From positions 40,176,001 to 40,240,000 of the forward strand of contig OX597821.1 in NCBI GenBank assembly GCA_951406725.2: DNA of 64,000 nt, read 5' to 3'. Below are positions 24,753 through 37,186 of this stretch, one piece after another; positions within the stretch are counted from its first letter, which is position 1, and every line of letters begins with the position of its first letter. This DNA comes from Octopus vulgaris. Taxonomy: Eukaryota. The notes under the pieces were generated by a model. That model worked only from the letters and a program-made list of their open reading frames with translations, made no database searches and was not told the origin of the DNA. A program made the translations under genes and the position numbers.

Positions 24753-27700
24753 GCCAATAATTTTCTATGCATGATTGGTATGGCAGGATCTGACAAGCTG
24801 CAGAATTGCCTCTAGCTCTGTGGTTTGTTTTGGCATGTTTTTGACACCTGCTCTTCCTTCTTAATGCCAACTATCTTACAGAGTGTACTGGGTGCTTTCT
24901 TATTTGGTCAGTAACTTGCAAGAGAAAGAAGAAAAAAACCTCAACTAAGTAGGAGAGAGGAGGAGGGGGCTTTATGCCAGGTGTTGAGAGACTAAAATGA
25001 GGCAGAGGGAGAAGCATGGGTATCTTGCTATGGGGGAGAATACACACTTACCCTGCATTACATGAAGCTGGATGAATAGGTGAAACTGAAATGGCGATAA
25101 AGTTGGAGGTGGTGATGTGCCAGAGGAAATACTCAAACTACAAGAAGGCAAGTATAAGAGGGAATACAGAAGATCAGAAGGGATCATGTAATTTGTAGAG
25201 AAGGGAATTGGAGTTTTTTAGAGATAAGAGTAGGAGGTGATTGGAAGAGGAATAAGAGTGGAGGTGAGGTTGATGTTAAATATGAGTATGGAGATGGGGA
25301 AGCAGAGAGAAACAGAAGTGGCTTGGGAAGTAGGAGGTGACAAACAGCAGCACAGGAAAGGAGGGGAGCAAAAGAGGGGACAATCATAAACCTTCAAAAG
25401 ATCAGAAAGTAGAGAGATAATGTGCAGGGTGTAAGAGTGGGGAAAGCGAAAAGTACAGTGAAAGAGATGGAGGTCAGAGGTAGTTAAGAGTGGCTATATT
25501 AAGTGAGACAACAAAAGTGGCAGATAAGAGAGAGCATTGAGAATATCAGATATAAGAGGTGTTAAAGACGAGATGTGGTAGTCCTAAGATGTAGTAAATG
25601 AGATTTATTAAACAGAGATGGATAGCATCATACCTTGGTTTGGAAAGAGGAATTTTAGGGGATGCATTTTGCATCCCCTAAAATTTGACAGTGGGGGCAA
25701 TGAAAACACTTCGAACATTCTGGTCAGGACCTGGGTTTCCATCTGAGCAAATTTTTTAACTTAAATTCAAGAAGACTGGCAGAAAATTATTAGAAGTACC
25801 TGCAGATATGAAAAATTAGGTCTCAAAAATAAAATTAAAACAGGTGAAAATGAGATTATATTTTTGACACAATTCTTAGCCAGTGTCATAACTGAACTAT
25901 TTGATGGGGGGCCAGCTTTTTGTGTCAGTGGAGCAATGTTTTAAATGCATCAGTGCACGACCTGGTAGTTGGGATATTACACTGATGATCACAGTATCAT
26001 GGGTTTCGATTACTGGACTGGACAGTGCATTGTACTCTTGAACAAAACAGTTTACCATCACCCCAGCCCACTAACCTGTAAATGACTAACCATGCAATGA
26101 ACTAGCATCCTGTTGGGGAAAAATGCAGTGATCTCAGTCACTTTTATACCAAGGAAACCAAGACAATAATGTCCAGAGGGGTTGTTGATGATGATGAAGA
26201 TGATGGTTGTTTTAAATACTGTCTACAGTACAGTTGGAGATAACATTTACAGTATTGTCCATTTTTTGTTTGGAAAAACAGTTTAAAGACTCTCCCAACC
26301 ACTGCACTATCTTCGATGAATAGCAAAACATTATAGAATTTATCAATGTTTCCTTAACTTACAACAGAGAGCTCAGCTTCTGTTCTAGGCATCAAAGTAA
26401 ACAAATCAAAACATCCACACTTCAATACCTTCCACAACAACAAAGTCTGCAGCAATGACTGTATGACCCAATGGGATTATGGGACATTATATTTTAGTTT
26501 TCAAATCAATATTTCTATGAATATTCTGTTGGTTTTGACACCATTATTCATTTTCTTACAGAAGTGCAGAAAGAAAATTTGTAATCAATCTTCCATATAT
26601 GCCATTGTGTTAGAATAAATCGAGGCTTTTGCTGTTTTGTTTTTGGTTTAGCCTTCAGCTCCAAAAACAGGTTTTAAATTCTAATAACAGGTTGGTTCTT
26701 TTTTTTGTCCTTTTTATATTTTTATTTAGGCTAGCGATCAAAGATACTTATATCAAGAGTAGCATAAATATTTTCTGCCATCTTTGTTCACACCCAATCA
26801 ACAGCAAGAACAACAACAACTACAAGAAAGATGGTAATGATGATGATTATGATAGTTATGATGATAATAGAGAAATAAACAGCTCACAAAGATGTCAATA
26901 CAGGAACTGGTCATATAATTCTGGGCAGTTAAATTTGAAAATACTGATATGGAATAAAATATTTTGGAATATGATTCAATGATATATAATATATGATTAT
27001 CTAAAGTACATGTTTTTTAGCTCTTTTTTTTAAATTTTTTGTCTTTCATAAATTTGACTTAGAGAAAATAAACTTTTATGAAGTGAAGTAATAAATATAG
27101 GATTTAAAAGTGACACATTTCACAATTCGAAAGTTAAAAACAGCGGCAGCGGCAACAGAGCCGAAGTTTGCCAGCTGAAAGACAAAGAATTTTAGTCTTT
27201 TTCACAACTACTTGAATTAGTAAATGGTAATAAATCAAATTTACTCATTTATTTCTGATACATACTTACAAATACATACATACATATGTGTGTGTGTGTG
27301 TGCACGCACATATGTACATATATAAATATATACATATATAAATACATACATATATACATACATACATACATACATATATATATAAGGTTGTTTGTTATAG
27401 CCAGTCAGGAAGTGGCCATTGGTTACATGCTTCTGTATGACACTTAGCTGTATAGGTGACTCATTTGTCAAACTCAAATGGCCAGAGGCACTTAACTCCT
27501 CTACAAATGGAGAGATGAAAAAGTCATGGTCAGTTAATTTTGTAAGCAAAAACATTCTACTGACAAAGACAAGACATAGGTGAAGTAGAGTAATCTCCCT
27601 TAGACCAGTAGTGGTTATGTCTTCAGCAGGCTTCCTGAAGATCTCCATGGCTGGTAGCATTTTCTTAGCTGGCAAATGGTGAATTCCTCATTTCTAACAT

Positions 27701-27959
27701 GAATTTACTCTAATGAGGGCACTGACTAAACATTTACATTTTGGTGTTTAAAAAGGACCCAGGTCAAGTGAGTTTTTCAGGATTCTTACTCTTTAGCCAA
27801 GCAAAACTTACATCATTTACTCCCATTGATGTATGCTCCCAGTTGTTCTAGGGACCTCCATTTAATTATGTATAGTGTATCCTCCTCTTTTAAATGCTAT
27901 ATGTAGCTGACCAGAGATGTGATATTGTGTCACTCTGGTATCTTAAAGGTTGCTTAGAT

Positions 27960-28250
27960 GATGCTGATGTCTCTGATGGGCTTTTAGTGCTGATGCTACT
28001 GCTGTTGTCACTACTACTGGTGCTGTTGCAGGTATTGCTGCCATTATTGTTGCCATTACTGGTACAGCAGTTGTCATCAATAAGATCACTATTGTTAACA
28101 CTGTTGGACACATTACTGGTGATGTTGTTGCTGTTGGTATTGCTGTTGTAGCTGCTGCTGCTGCTAGTGTAACTGTTGCTGTTGTTTGTATAGGTAGGTG
28201 TGTTGTTGGTGCCATTACTACTGTTGGTGCCACTGCAGTCACCAATGCCA
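27960..28250. repeat. Degenerate trinucleotide (CTG/GTT/CTA) low-complexity tract
   Basis: Open in several frames giving poly-L, poly-T/A or poly-N/S translations. Confidence 0.75.
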
Positions 28251-28523
28251 GTCAACACCTTAGCCTCATACACTGCACCTTTGGATTTGCATTGACCCCA
28301 CCCCACTGACACTGAGCACTCATTGTTAACTCTGCATGAGCATCCTGCTTCTGCTCACGGTTTATGAATGCTTACTAATAATTTTTTAATGATGGGTGCA
28401 ACTGAAAGAGACCCTTAGGTCATGACTATTAAACAAACACCCGGACATGTGTGACTGTGTGAAGTAACAATTTCTCCCAAAATATTTATTACTGCTCTAG
28501 TTGTTGGATATATGAACTACTAA

Positions 28524-28576
<53 letters not shown>

Positions 28577-28577
<1 letters not shown>

Positions 28578-28860
28578 TTTATTTAAAGCAGCAGAAAATT
28601 CAACAAAACTTGTTACTCTGAGTTTCTCGTTCCCATTCGGCGGACAGTTTTTGCTCTGAGTTTCACGTTCCCTTTCGTCGGACAGTTTTTGCTAGCAAAA
28701 ACTGTCCAACGAACGGGAACGTGAAACTCAGAGTAACAGGTTTTGTTAAATTTTCTGCTGCTTTAAATAAAGCATATTACTCTACCACTGGTATTTGAGT
28801 ACTCTTTTTTCCACCTTGTTTCACATTTATGTGTTTACTCTGGTATATGTGTTTACTCTG
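28577..28860. mobile_element. Fold-back pLTR-like insertion with three copies of a CCGACGA-core hammerhead-like motif (family B)
   Basis: Arms 28577-28693 and 28694-28772 around gct|agc; 38 bp tandem duplication in the left arm; ctgt-CCAACGA-acg ggaa cgt-GAAA-ctcagag-TA-acag at 28702-28739; flanked by (TA)n. Confidence 0.7.
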
Positions 28861-28884
28861 GTATATATATATATATATATATCA

Positions 28885-29226
28885 TTACTTGAGCATGATC
28901 ATTATCGCGTCGCCTTACTAGCACTTGTGCTGGTGGCACGTGAAACATTCGAGCGAGGTCGTCACTAATGCCGCTGGACTGGCTCCTGTGCTGGTGGCAC
29001 ATAAAAAGCACCATTTGGGCATGGCCATTGCTAGTACCACCAAACTGGCCCTTGTGCCGGTGGCACGTAAAAGCACCCACTACACTCTCGAAGTGGTTGG
29101 CATTAGGAAGGGCATCCAGCTGTAGAAACTCTGCCAGATCAGATTGGAGTTTAGTTCGCTAGACCTCAGTCAAATCGTCCAACCCATGCTAGCATGGTAA
29201 GAGGACGTTAAATTATGATGATGATG
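28885..29226 (+). mobile_element. RTE LINE 3'UTR fragment (plus orientation)
   Basis: Reverse complement of the 6799-7160 type; ends in gatgatgatg. Confidence 0.85.
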
Positions 29227-29243
29227 TCGATATACATACATAT

Positions 29244-29274
<31 letters not shown>

Positions 29275-29796
29275 CATACATACATACATACATACATGCA
29301 TACATACATACATACATGCATACATACATACATACAATATATATATGCATACATACATACATACATATATACATATATATATATCATTATTCCATGCTAG
29401 TATGGGAAGATGGTTCAACAGGATCCGGCAAACCATAGAATTACATTAGAATCCAAAGTCTGCTTTGACAAGGTTTCTATGGCTGGATGCCCTTTCTAAT
29501 GCCAACCACTTTAGAGTCTACTGGGTGCATTTTTCATGACACACCTTCAAGGATGTCACTCAGACAAGACCATATGATAAAGTGTGTGGGTGTGGTATTG
29601 AGGTAGGTGGCTTTGTACCACATATTGAAAGGCTAAAGTGTGACAGTTGGAGTGGAACAGGTGTTGTAGGGGAGATACATGGCTGCTTTAGGTGGAAAAG
29701 AGAGAAAATGGTGGTGATTTTGTGTCAGGACATTCCCTCTCAAGGTACAGGGAAGTAAATAAAGAGAGAGTCAAGACAGAGAATTGAAGAAAGATG

Positions 29797-30220
29797 GGTA
29801 AACGCCTTACTTCCCTGGGCATGGACACATTGAAACTCCGACGTCTGGCAGCTGACTTGGCAGACACCCATAAAATTATCAACCATCGTACCAACAATAA
29901 CTCTGGGCACCTTTTTAAACTCCACCCATCTAACACCCGTGGACATATTTACAAAGTCAGAAAACAGCACAGCTCCCATGACTTCAGGAAACATTTTTTC
30001 CCGCTGAGAGTTGCTGAAGCATGGAACAAACTGCCGGCATCAGTTGTTAGTTGTCGGAGCACTGCATCCTTCAAAACTTCCATGCTTTCTAAGATTCGCC
30101 AACACTACACCTGATTTTCTCCCCTCCATACACACACAAGTATGTATCTGACTCATGCATTGTTCGCTTTCCAGACATTTGTACATTACTGCACTGTATA
30201 CAATAATTTCATTATTATTA
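29797..30220 (+). mobile_element. CR1-clade LINE 3' end
   Basis: ORF 29794-30114 LRRLAADL..TRGHIYKV..RKHFFPLRVAEAWNKLPASVV..FK is the typical CR1 ORF2 C-terminus; (att)n tail at ~30211. Confidence 0.85.
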
Positions 30221-31085
30221 TAAGAATGATCAAGATGAGGAGGGAAACGAATGCAGTAAATGAAGATGAATGGAAGTGTGGACAATGGTGAATCTCAAAG
30301 ATGAGGAGCAAAGTAAGGAAAAGAGGAATAGGTGAAAGGCAGCACATAAGAAGAATGGGAAGCAAGAGTAAAATTAACCAGATAGAAGAGAAATAGAAAG
30401 ATGGTGTGAAGTGTCAGAGGGAGAGAGAAAGAGAGAGAGAAGATACACAGTGACAGAGATGGAAGTCAGAGGTATGTAGGGATGAATATAGTGAGTTACA
30501 AAAAAGTACATTTCAACAACATCACATTGTACCTACATTCATTGTGGCTGCCCTAAGGATATCATTTGGATGGGAAGAATAAGGAGGGCTCTTGGAGACA
30601 GCTTTCAACTTTCGAAAAGAAGGTTTAAGGAAACTTTTGCCTGCAGGCAAATTGCTTGAACACATTATCAGCAAAACAATATCAATATTATTATGCTGCT
30701 AAACCACAACTTTCCCAAATCCTCAAATATTTGAGGCTACATCGATAAATAAGGAAATGGATTAGAAGAGAGGAGATATCATGTGCATTTCGAATTAAGG
30801 CAGTGCTGACAGGAAGAAGAAAATAGAGATGAAAAAGTCTGAGAGTTTGAACGAAAAAAGAAACAGTTACTTAGAACCAGAAAATAAAGCTTGATGATTT
30901 AAGCATTACAAAAATCCAATACAATTAATACGTACATTCTGAAAGTAAGGCAGCAACATTACACAAGTGTACCCCCTCACCGCCCTCCCACTGACTTTCT
31001 CCCTTCATAACTTTTAGGAAAATGGATATTCTTAATGAAATTTTCCACATATGTGCTTCGGATGGTGTAGAATCCCTTATACATA

Positions 31086-31502
31086 CTCTCTTTCTTTTTC
31101 TCTCTTTTACTTGTTTCAGTTATTTGAGTGTGGCCATGCTGGGGCACCGCCTTTAGTCGAGCAAATTGACCCCAGGACTTATTCTTTGTAAGCCTAGTAC
31201 TTATTGTATCAGTCTCTTTTGCTGAACCACTAAGTTACAGGGAAGTAAACACACCAGCATCTGTTGTCAAGTGATGTTTTGGGGACAAATACAGACACAC
31301 AAACGTATACACACACATACATATAAATACATATACATATATACGACGGGCTACTTTCAGTTTCCATCTACCAAATCCACTCACAAGGCTTTGGTCGGCC
31401 CGAGGCTATAGTAGAAGACACTTGCTCAAGTTGCCATGAAGTGGGACTGAACCCGGAACCATGTGGTTCCTAAGCAAGCTACTTACCACACAGCCACTCC
31501 TA
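31086..31502 (-). mobile_element. Full-length abundant tRNA-derived SINE
   Basis: Reverse complement of 13395-13800. Confidence 0.9.
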
Positions 31503-32481
31503 CATCTGAATTTTTTGAGAAAAATGTTTCCAAGGAGTGTGGAGAAGAGTTTTGAGAGTACATAGAAGTCAGTCTTATTTTCTTGTAAGAAAAATGGGTA
31601 TTTTTTTAATGAAATTTTCTACAAATACCTTCCAGATGGTGTAGATTACAATTATATTGGAATTTAATGAGGAAAAAAATGGTAGGCACACTCACACACA
31701 CCTAATACTGTCACACAGTGAATGTAATGATTTGCTATATGAAATTGAAGTTTTGAAAGAAAATTGTGGTGTGTGTCAGTAAATATGCGTGTGGACCCAC
31801 CATTCTTTTCATATTAAATTCCTATATAATTGTATCTTGTACATCTGAAAGGTATTTGTAAAAAATTTCATGAAAAAAATACCTGATTGTCTGCAAGTCA
31901 CGAGGAAAGAAACTTGTAGATGAGAAATATGGATTACAAATGGACACATTTTGAAAGAATAATTATTCTGTTTATCACAAATAAGATGAAAATGCTTAAA
32001 TACATACATATTGCAAAATATAAATACAAAGAATGGTTTGCGGCACCAAAAGAACAGGGGAATTATTATATAATATATTTGAGAAATAAAGAAGGTATTT
32101 AGTACAACTAAGTTTTGTTGATATCTGCACATCTCAGTTACAAAAATTGATGTAACAGGATATGTTGTGAGGTTACCCGATACGGAAAATAGAAGGAAAG
32201 TTAGATAGGGAAGTGGAATAGAGATGTGGGTCTGTAAGATGCTTAGCCAAAAAATAAATGCTACAAAATAATATTTGGGAATATCTAACTTTGCACAATG
32301 CATAAATATTTACATGAGTTCTAAAAGAAAATAATTAGTATTGGCCACGAATAAGTTATGGGTGAGTTTATCATTGTAAAAAAAGTGAAAGTAAATTGTC
32401 CTTAAAAAAACAAAAGTAAATTGTGATAAAAGCCAAAGGGATGGCAGTGACAGACAATTTCAGGCAAACAATGTAAATGAC

Positions 32482-32799
32482 TTCTGTTGTGTCTGGGGAG
32501 AGTCTTTTTCTTTTTGTGATTTATAATGTAACACACTCACTGGTAAAATTTCCACTTATTCCTTATTTTTATTTTCTTCAAATTTGCGTTGCGTCTTGCA
32601 ACCTTTTCAATGGTCTTGACTCTGTTCGTTATTTAACGAAAATTTTAGGAAAATAAAAATAAGAAATAAGTGGAAATTTTACCGGTGAGTGTGTTTCATT
32701 ATAAGGCACAAAAAGAAAATGACTCTCCCCAGACACAGAAGAATATGCTTCAACACACGAACTCATATAAGGAATCTTGCAAACCAAATCCCAAAACGA
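32482..32799. mobile_element. Fold-back insertion with 12 bp TSD
   Basis: Arms 32488-32590 and 32635-32737, plus a one-sided ~60 bp extension; aatgtaaatgac at 32470-32481 and 32800-32811. Confidence 0.75.
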
Positions 32800-32994
32800 A
32801 ATGTAAATGACATTCTTACCTACATGTAAATTAGCGGAACTGATAGAGTCAAATGGCTCTTCTCAAAAAAGGAATTGGCTCATATAGTCCGAGTATATGT
32901 ACAGGAATATTGCTACGGCTTCCTGTTGGTTCCATCTTCATATCTATTAGATTGGAAAGGAAGTCTTGTTGCATTTCAAGATTGCAAAAAACTA

Positions 32995-33960
32995 TTGCTT
33001 ATGAATCCATCTTCACCTTCGATGGCTACTTCAATGCAGTACCAAAATCATTAGGATGCCTCACTAAATGGTTTTTATTCATTCCATCATCTCCTAGACA
33101 GTTGCAGCCTTCAGTGTTGCTATAATATTGTGATGATGTTGATTATCCTCTCTTTCAACAAGGCTTCAAACGTTGCAGTCCATGGGATTTAGATCTGTCG
33201 GGTTTGGAGGTCACAAGTTTAGTGTTACCTGATCATAAAGATTGCTGGACATCTATTCGTGAGTTACATGGGCCTTGTGAGAAATTTCAGGGTTTTCCTG
33301 AAATACATATGGACTTCTGCTGCATGCTTAATCCATTCAAAGCTCAAACACTGTTTCCAGCATTTCAATGTATCTAATATCATTAATTCTAAGACCCTAA
33401 GGAAAGAATTAAGGCAGCATGACATGACCTTCATTGCTTACCATTCTTGAAACTATAGCATTTGTTTGAGACTTAATGTGCTTCACTCTGAGAACATCTG
33501 ACGGATTTGCATAGAACCAGCTGTCATTTTTCCTGTAAAACTTTTGGTTTTAGTTGAAGTTTCTCATCAGACAAAAACCAAAACATGCAATGTTTGTGAG
33601 GGTTTTTATACCTTGTTATGTAAGCACTTAATACAGATCAAAAAATTTTCCTGTTGATATAAATTGGCCTCTCTTCAATTACTTACAATTTGTATGAAAT
33701 GTTCATTTGCACCATTGATCTGATTGTTCTTTGGTGGTCAACCTCACTGATTTCTGAGGCCCCCATCATCGATAGTGGCTTGAATCAGGTGGATGAACTA
33801 TGGTGTCCAAATGTTCAGAAAGTGCTTTTTCTTTGATACAGTTGAAATACTTTGGTTTCACTTTTCTGTGAAGGTTCAAAACTAGTGGATGTCCTTTTGA
33901 CAAGAAGTGACAGCAGAACTACCAGTAGCCTGGGACTTTCGTAAAGTGCAAATACGTTGA
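32995..33960 (-). pseudogene. Decayed Tc1/mariner transposase, DD37D (maT) type
   Basis: Minus strand WFLSDEK..VSNEGHVM..GLRIN..YIEMLETV..PYVFQEN..SHKAHVT..NL*PPNPTDLNPMD..V*SLVERE..LKAA..IEGEDGFI; 37 residues between the second (D>N) and third catalytic positions; many stops. Confidence 0.85.
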
Positions 33961-33970
33961 AAGACAAAAG

Positions 33971-34006
<36 letters not shown>

Positions 34007-34225
34007 TATGCACATACACACATAGTGTCCTGTTTATTCAATGATAGGATCAGAAACTGAAAAGCACTCAATACATTTGGGAGTTATTAATATATCATAA
34101 TGCTGCATTTTAATTGCAACAGACCACTTTAAGTATTGTGCTGGCCATACATACATACATACAAACACACACACACACACATACACACACACAAATACAT
34201 ACATATACATACATGCATACATACA

Positions 34226-34258
<33 letters not shown>

Positions 34259-34317
34259 TTAACAAATTAAAAAGAATGGCTGGGTAGTAATTAGAATCTA
34301 AAAGCAATATTAATAGA

Positions 34318-35055
34318 TTATTTACATTATTTACATTATTTACATTTGACTGATATTTCTCCTCATCTTGTTTGTTGTTTCAGCTGATATACTCTCCAGC
34401 CTTCTTCAGGGAATTTTCGAATGTGGGTTCTCATTCCTAAGGTATTTTTCTGATGTTATCATTATCCTCAACCACCTCATCATTCTCATCCTTATCCTCA
34501 TCGTTATCCTCATCATCATCCTTATCCTCATCATAATCATCAACATCCTCCTCCTCCTCCTCCTTCTCCCCACCATCATCATCATTATCCTCATCATCCT
34601 CCTCGTCATCATCCTCATCATCATCATCCTCATCCTCATCAACATCATCATCATCATCATCCCCATCATCACCCTCATCATCATCCTCATCATCATCCTC
34701 ATCATCATCATCATTGTCATCATCATCATAGTCATCATTATCCTCATTCAGGTCACTGCCCCGAATCAAACTCAGAATCTTGGCATTAGTTGCCTGCACT
34801 CTCAAGATTCCGAGTTCAAGTCTAGGCTGTGACCTGAATGATGGTAATGATAATGATTATGAGGATGATAATAACATGGAAAAATACCTTAGGAATGAGA
34901 ACCCAGGTTCGAAATTTCCCCAAAACAACTGATGAAGGCTGGAGGGTATATCAGCCGAAACGTTGTGTTAACAACAAACAAGATGAGGACAAATATCCGT
35001 CAAATGTAAATAATGTAAATAATGTACATAAGTCCTCATCTCTTAAGTATAGGAA
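34318..35055. mobile_element. Fold-back pLTR-like insertion with hammerhead motif (family C) and 9 bp TSD
   Basis: 34318-34465 inverted at ~34865-35026; inner attcaggtcac/gtgacctgaat pairing; expanded (CAT/CCT)n in the left arm; attaataga at 34309-34317 and 35056-35064. Confidence 0.8.
34924..34969 (+). ncRNA. Minimal hammerhead motif (CUGAUGA+A, ACGU stem III)
   Basis: aacaa-CTGATGA-A-ggctg gagggtatat cagcc-GAAA-cgt-T-gtgtt; closing stem I pair mismatched in this copy. Confidence 0.6.
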
Positions 35056-35153
35056 ATTAATAGAGGTCACAAAAGGTGACAGAGGATACTGACTAGCACT
35101 GCTGTTGCTAAAGATAAGAGTTAAAATAACTCAAAAGCCACAAAATCATATTT

Positions 35154-35236
35154 TAATGATTGATAAAGCAGCTCTTAATGCCTAGGGCTAAACTGATAAT
35201 GATTGATAAAGCAGCTCTTAATGCCTAGGGCTAAAC
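35154..35236. repeat. Tandem duplication, identical 40 bp unit x2 with 3 bp spacer
   Basis: taatgattgataaagcagctcttaatgcctagggctaaac occurs twice. Confidence 0.9.
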
Positions 35237-35851
35237 ACAACTTCCTCTGTCATTCTTATAAGAAAAACATGCTGATTTACAAAATGGTGAAAGTGTAAAC
35301 AACAAATTAAAAGGGTGACTCATTAGCAACTAGAACCTAAAGGCAGAATTAATAAAGGTCACAAAAGTGAGGGAGGGATCTGACTAGCATTGCTTTTGCT
35401 TTAAAATGGTTTGCATCAAAATACGAAATTGTACGCTGGGGACTTACCTTCCTTTGTCACTTTTGTGACCCCTATTAATTATACATATATTAATTATACA
35501 TATATATATTTATAATATTACTTTATATAATTAAGAAGAATCAGGGAGATTCTTCTTAAAGTAGTAGAAATGGCTAAAGAAACTTTTTGGCTGCTATTTC
35601 TAAAAAATTCAGTATGTGGCAAAGTAAATTATTTTACTGAGCCCTTAATTATATAAAGTAATATTTTGAATACGCCTTGAATGGTCCTTTTACATACTGA
35701 ACACTACTTGGTGAAATTAATTAATAACTAATTGATTTTACCCTTAATTATTGATATATATATTTATATATATTATTTGTTCGTTCCCGCCTGGGCTATG
35801 AAAGGTCTGTGTATACTGTTTTTAGGTTGTAATTATTCATACCAGTTTGTA

Positions 35852-35941
35852 ATTCCTGAAGAAGAATCTAATTTTTATTTCAAGAAGAGTTTTCCATTTT
35901 TGTCTTTGGAATTTATTAGACTCTGAAACAATTTGTAGAAT
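35852..35941 (+). ncRNA. Type I hammerhead ribozyme, canonical core
   Basis: Stem I attc/gaat; CTGAAGA 35856-35862; stem II agaatctaat/attagactct; GAAA 35925-35928; stem III acaatttgt; GUA cleavage after 35937; within a ~245 bp insert between TA tracts. Confidence 0.75.
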
Positions 35942-36033
35942 ATATATTGGTTTTGTACCAACCTGGATTATGAATTAAAGATCGTCTACACCTACAAGTT
36001 TTTCCTTTTCTTATACTTCATATATATATATAT

Positions 36034-36285
36034 AAACAATTGCAGCGTGGAAGGTGTTTATAAGCCACAAAAACCGTCAGATTCACTTCAACATTTAAAT
36101 TTAATTTGTCAAAATATTTTCCTTGCTTTGAGACCGCAACCTGTTCACTAACAAAATGTTGAAGTGAATCTAACGGATTTTGCGTGTTCCTTAAATGGCT
36201 TATAAATACCTTCCACACTGCAATTGTTTTCGTTCCAGCACACGATCTCAGATCAGGTCACTTGCTATGCAAGTACATCTCCATA
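36034..36285. mobile_element. Fold-back pLTR-like insertion (family E, copy 1)
   Basis: 36034-36096 inverted at 36154-36229, then a ~55 bp extension; homologous to 38292-38540. Confidence 0.7.
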
Positions 36286-37186
36286 ATATATATGCAGACG
36301 TTAAACGATGATGATGATATATGTATGTATGTATGTATGTGACTATGTATGTAAGTATGCATGTAGGTATGTATAAAGAGGTTAGAGAGAGAGCGAGAGA
36401 GAGAGAGAGAGAAATAATGTTAACTATCAATATTTATTCAATTGAGTGGTCTAAATGTGTCTTCTAATCATAGCAGAAGGAAAATATGAACTGTATGACC
36501 CAAGATGGAACCATTGCTGTAATTACCCAATCTAATAAAAATGACATTCACTTTTCCTTCAAATTACACTCTATGAAATGGAGACAGTCACATTGTGTAA
36601 TGTAGTCCGATGTATGGTCATGGTTGGACTGCATTTGATCTTCGATTTACTTGATGAGGTTGAGCTGGAATGAAACAACATCTTCATGGAACTTTGGCAG
36701 AGTATCAGGTTATGGGAATTCATTGCTCCATTAGTGGATGAATATTCAAAGTTGGTAAAGAGAAGAGAAAGTATATAAGTCACATTGACAATGGAGACGG
36801 GGCTGAAGCATGACCTTGACCAAGGTAGCTGAAATAAGCTACAAATGTGTTGCAATTATAATTTTTGCGGTGCTTTTTGTTGTCATTTCAAATGATAAAG
36901 TAATTTGTTACTGAGAAGTGATGCCTCAAATTGGTAATGAAAGCTAATTAGTTATGATGCCAGTCAAAGCTTTTCCAAACGAAAATGTCAGAGGAATTCC
37001 CTACGGAAAATGAAATTAGACAGTGAAGAGTTTTTGATGAATAAGAGATTGACTACCAGTTGAAGGGGCACAGAGTCTGGGAAATTCTCTTAGACATCTT
37101 ATAATGTAGGAAGTATTTCAGAATCGCAGAGAGAAAGAAAGAGAGATGGGGGAGGATGGCAACTGTTTTGTATCATGAAAAATATA

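Noticed and set aside
27890-28312. N/S/T-rich 140 aa ORF
   Set aside because: Degenerate trinucleotide tract open in multiple frames; no splice or domain evidence
34368-34832. Acidic poly-D/E and poly-I ORFs
   Set aside because: Expanded (CAT/CCT)n inside the fold-back element
36571-36855. 94 aa minus-strand ORF with an acceptor-like site
   Set aside because: No recognisable homology; length is compatible with chance
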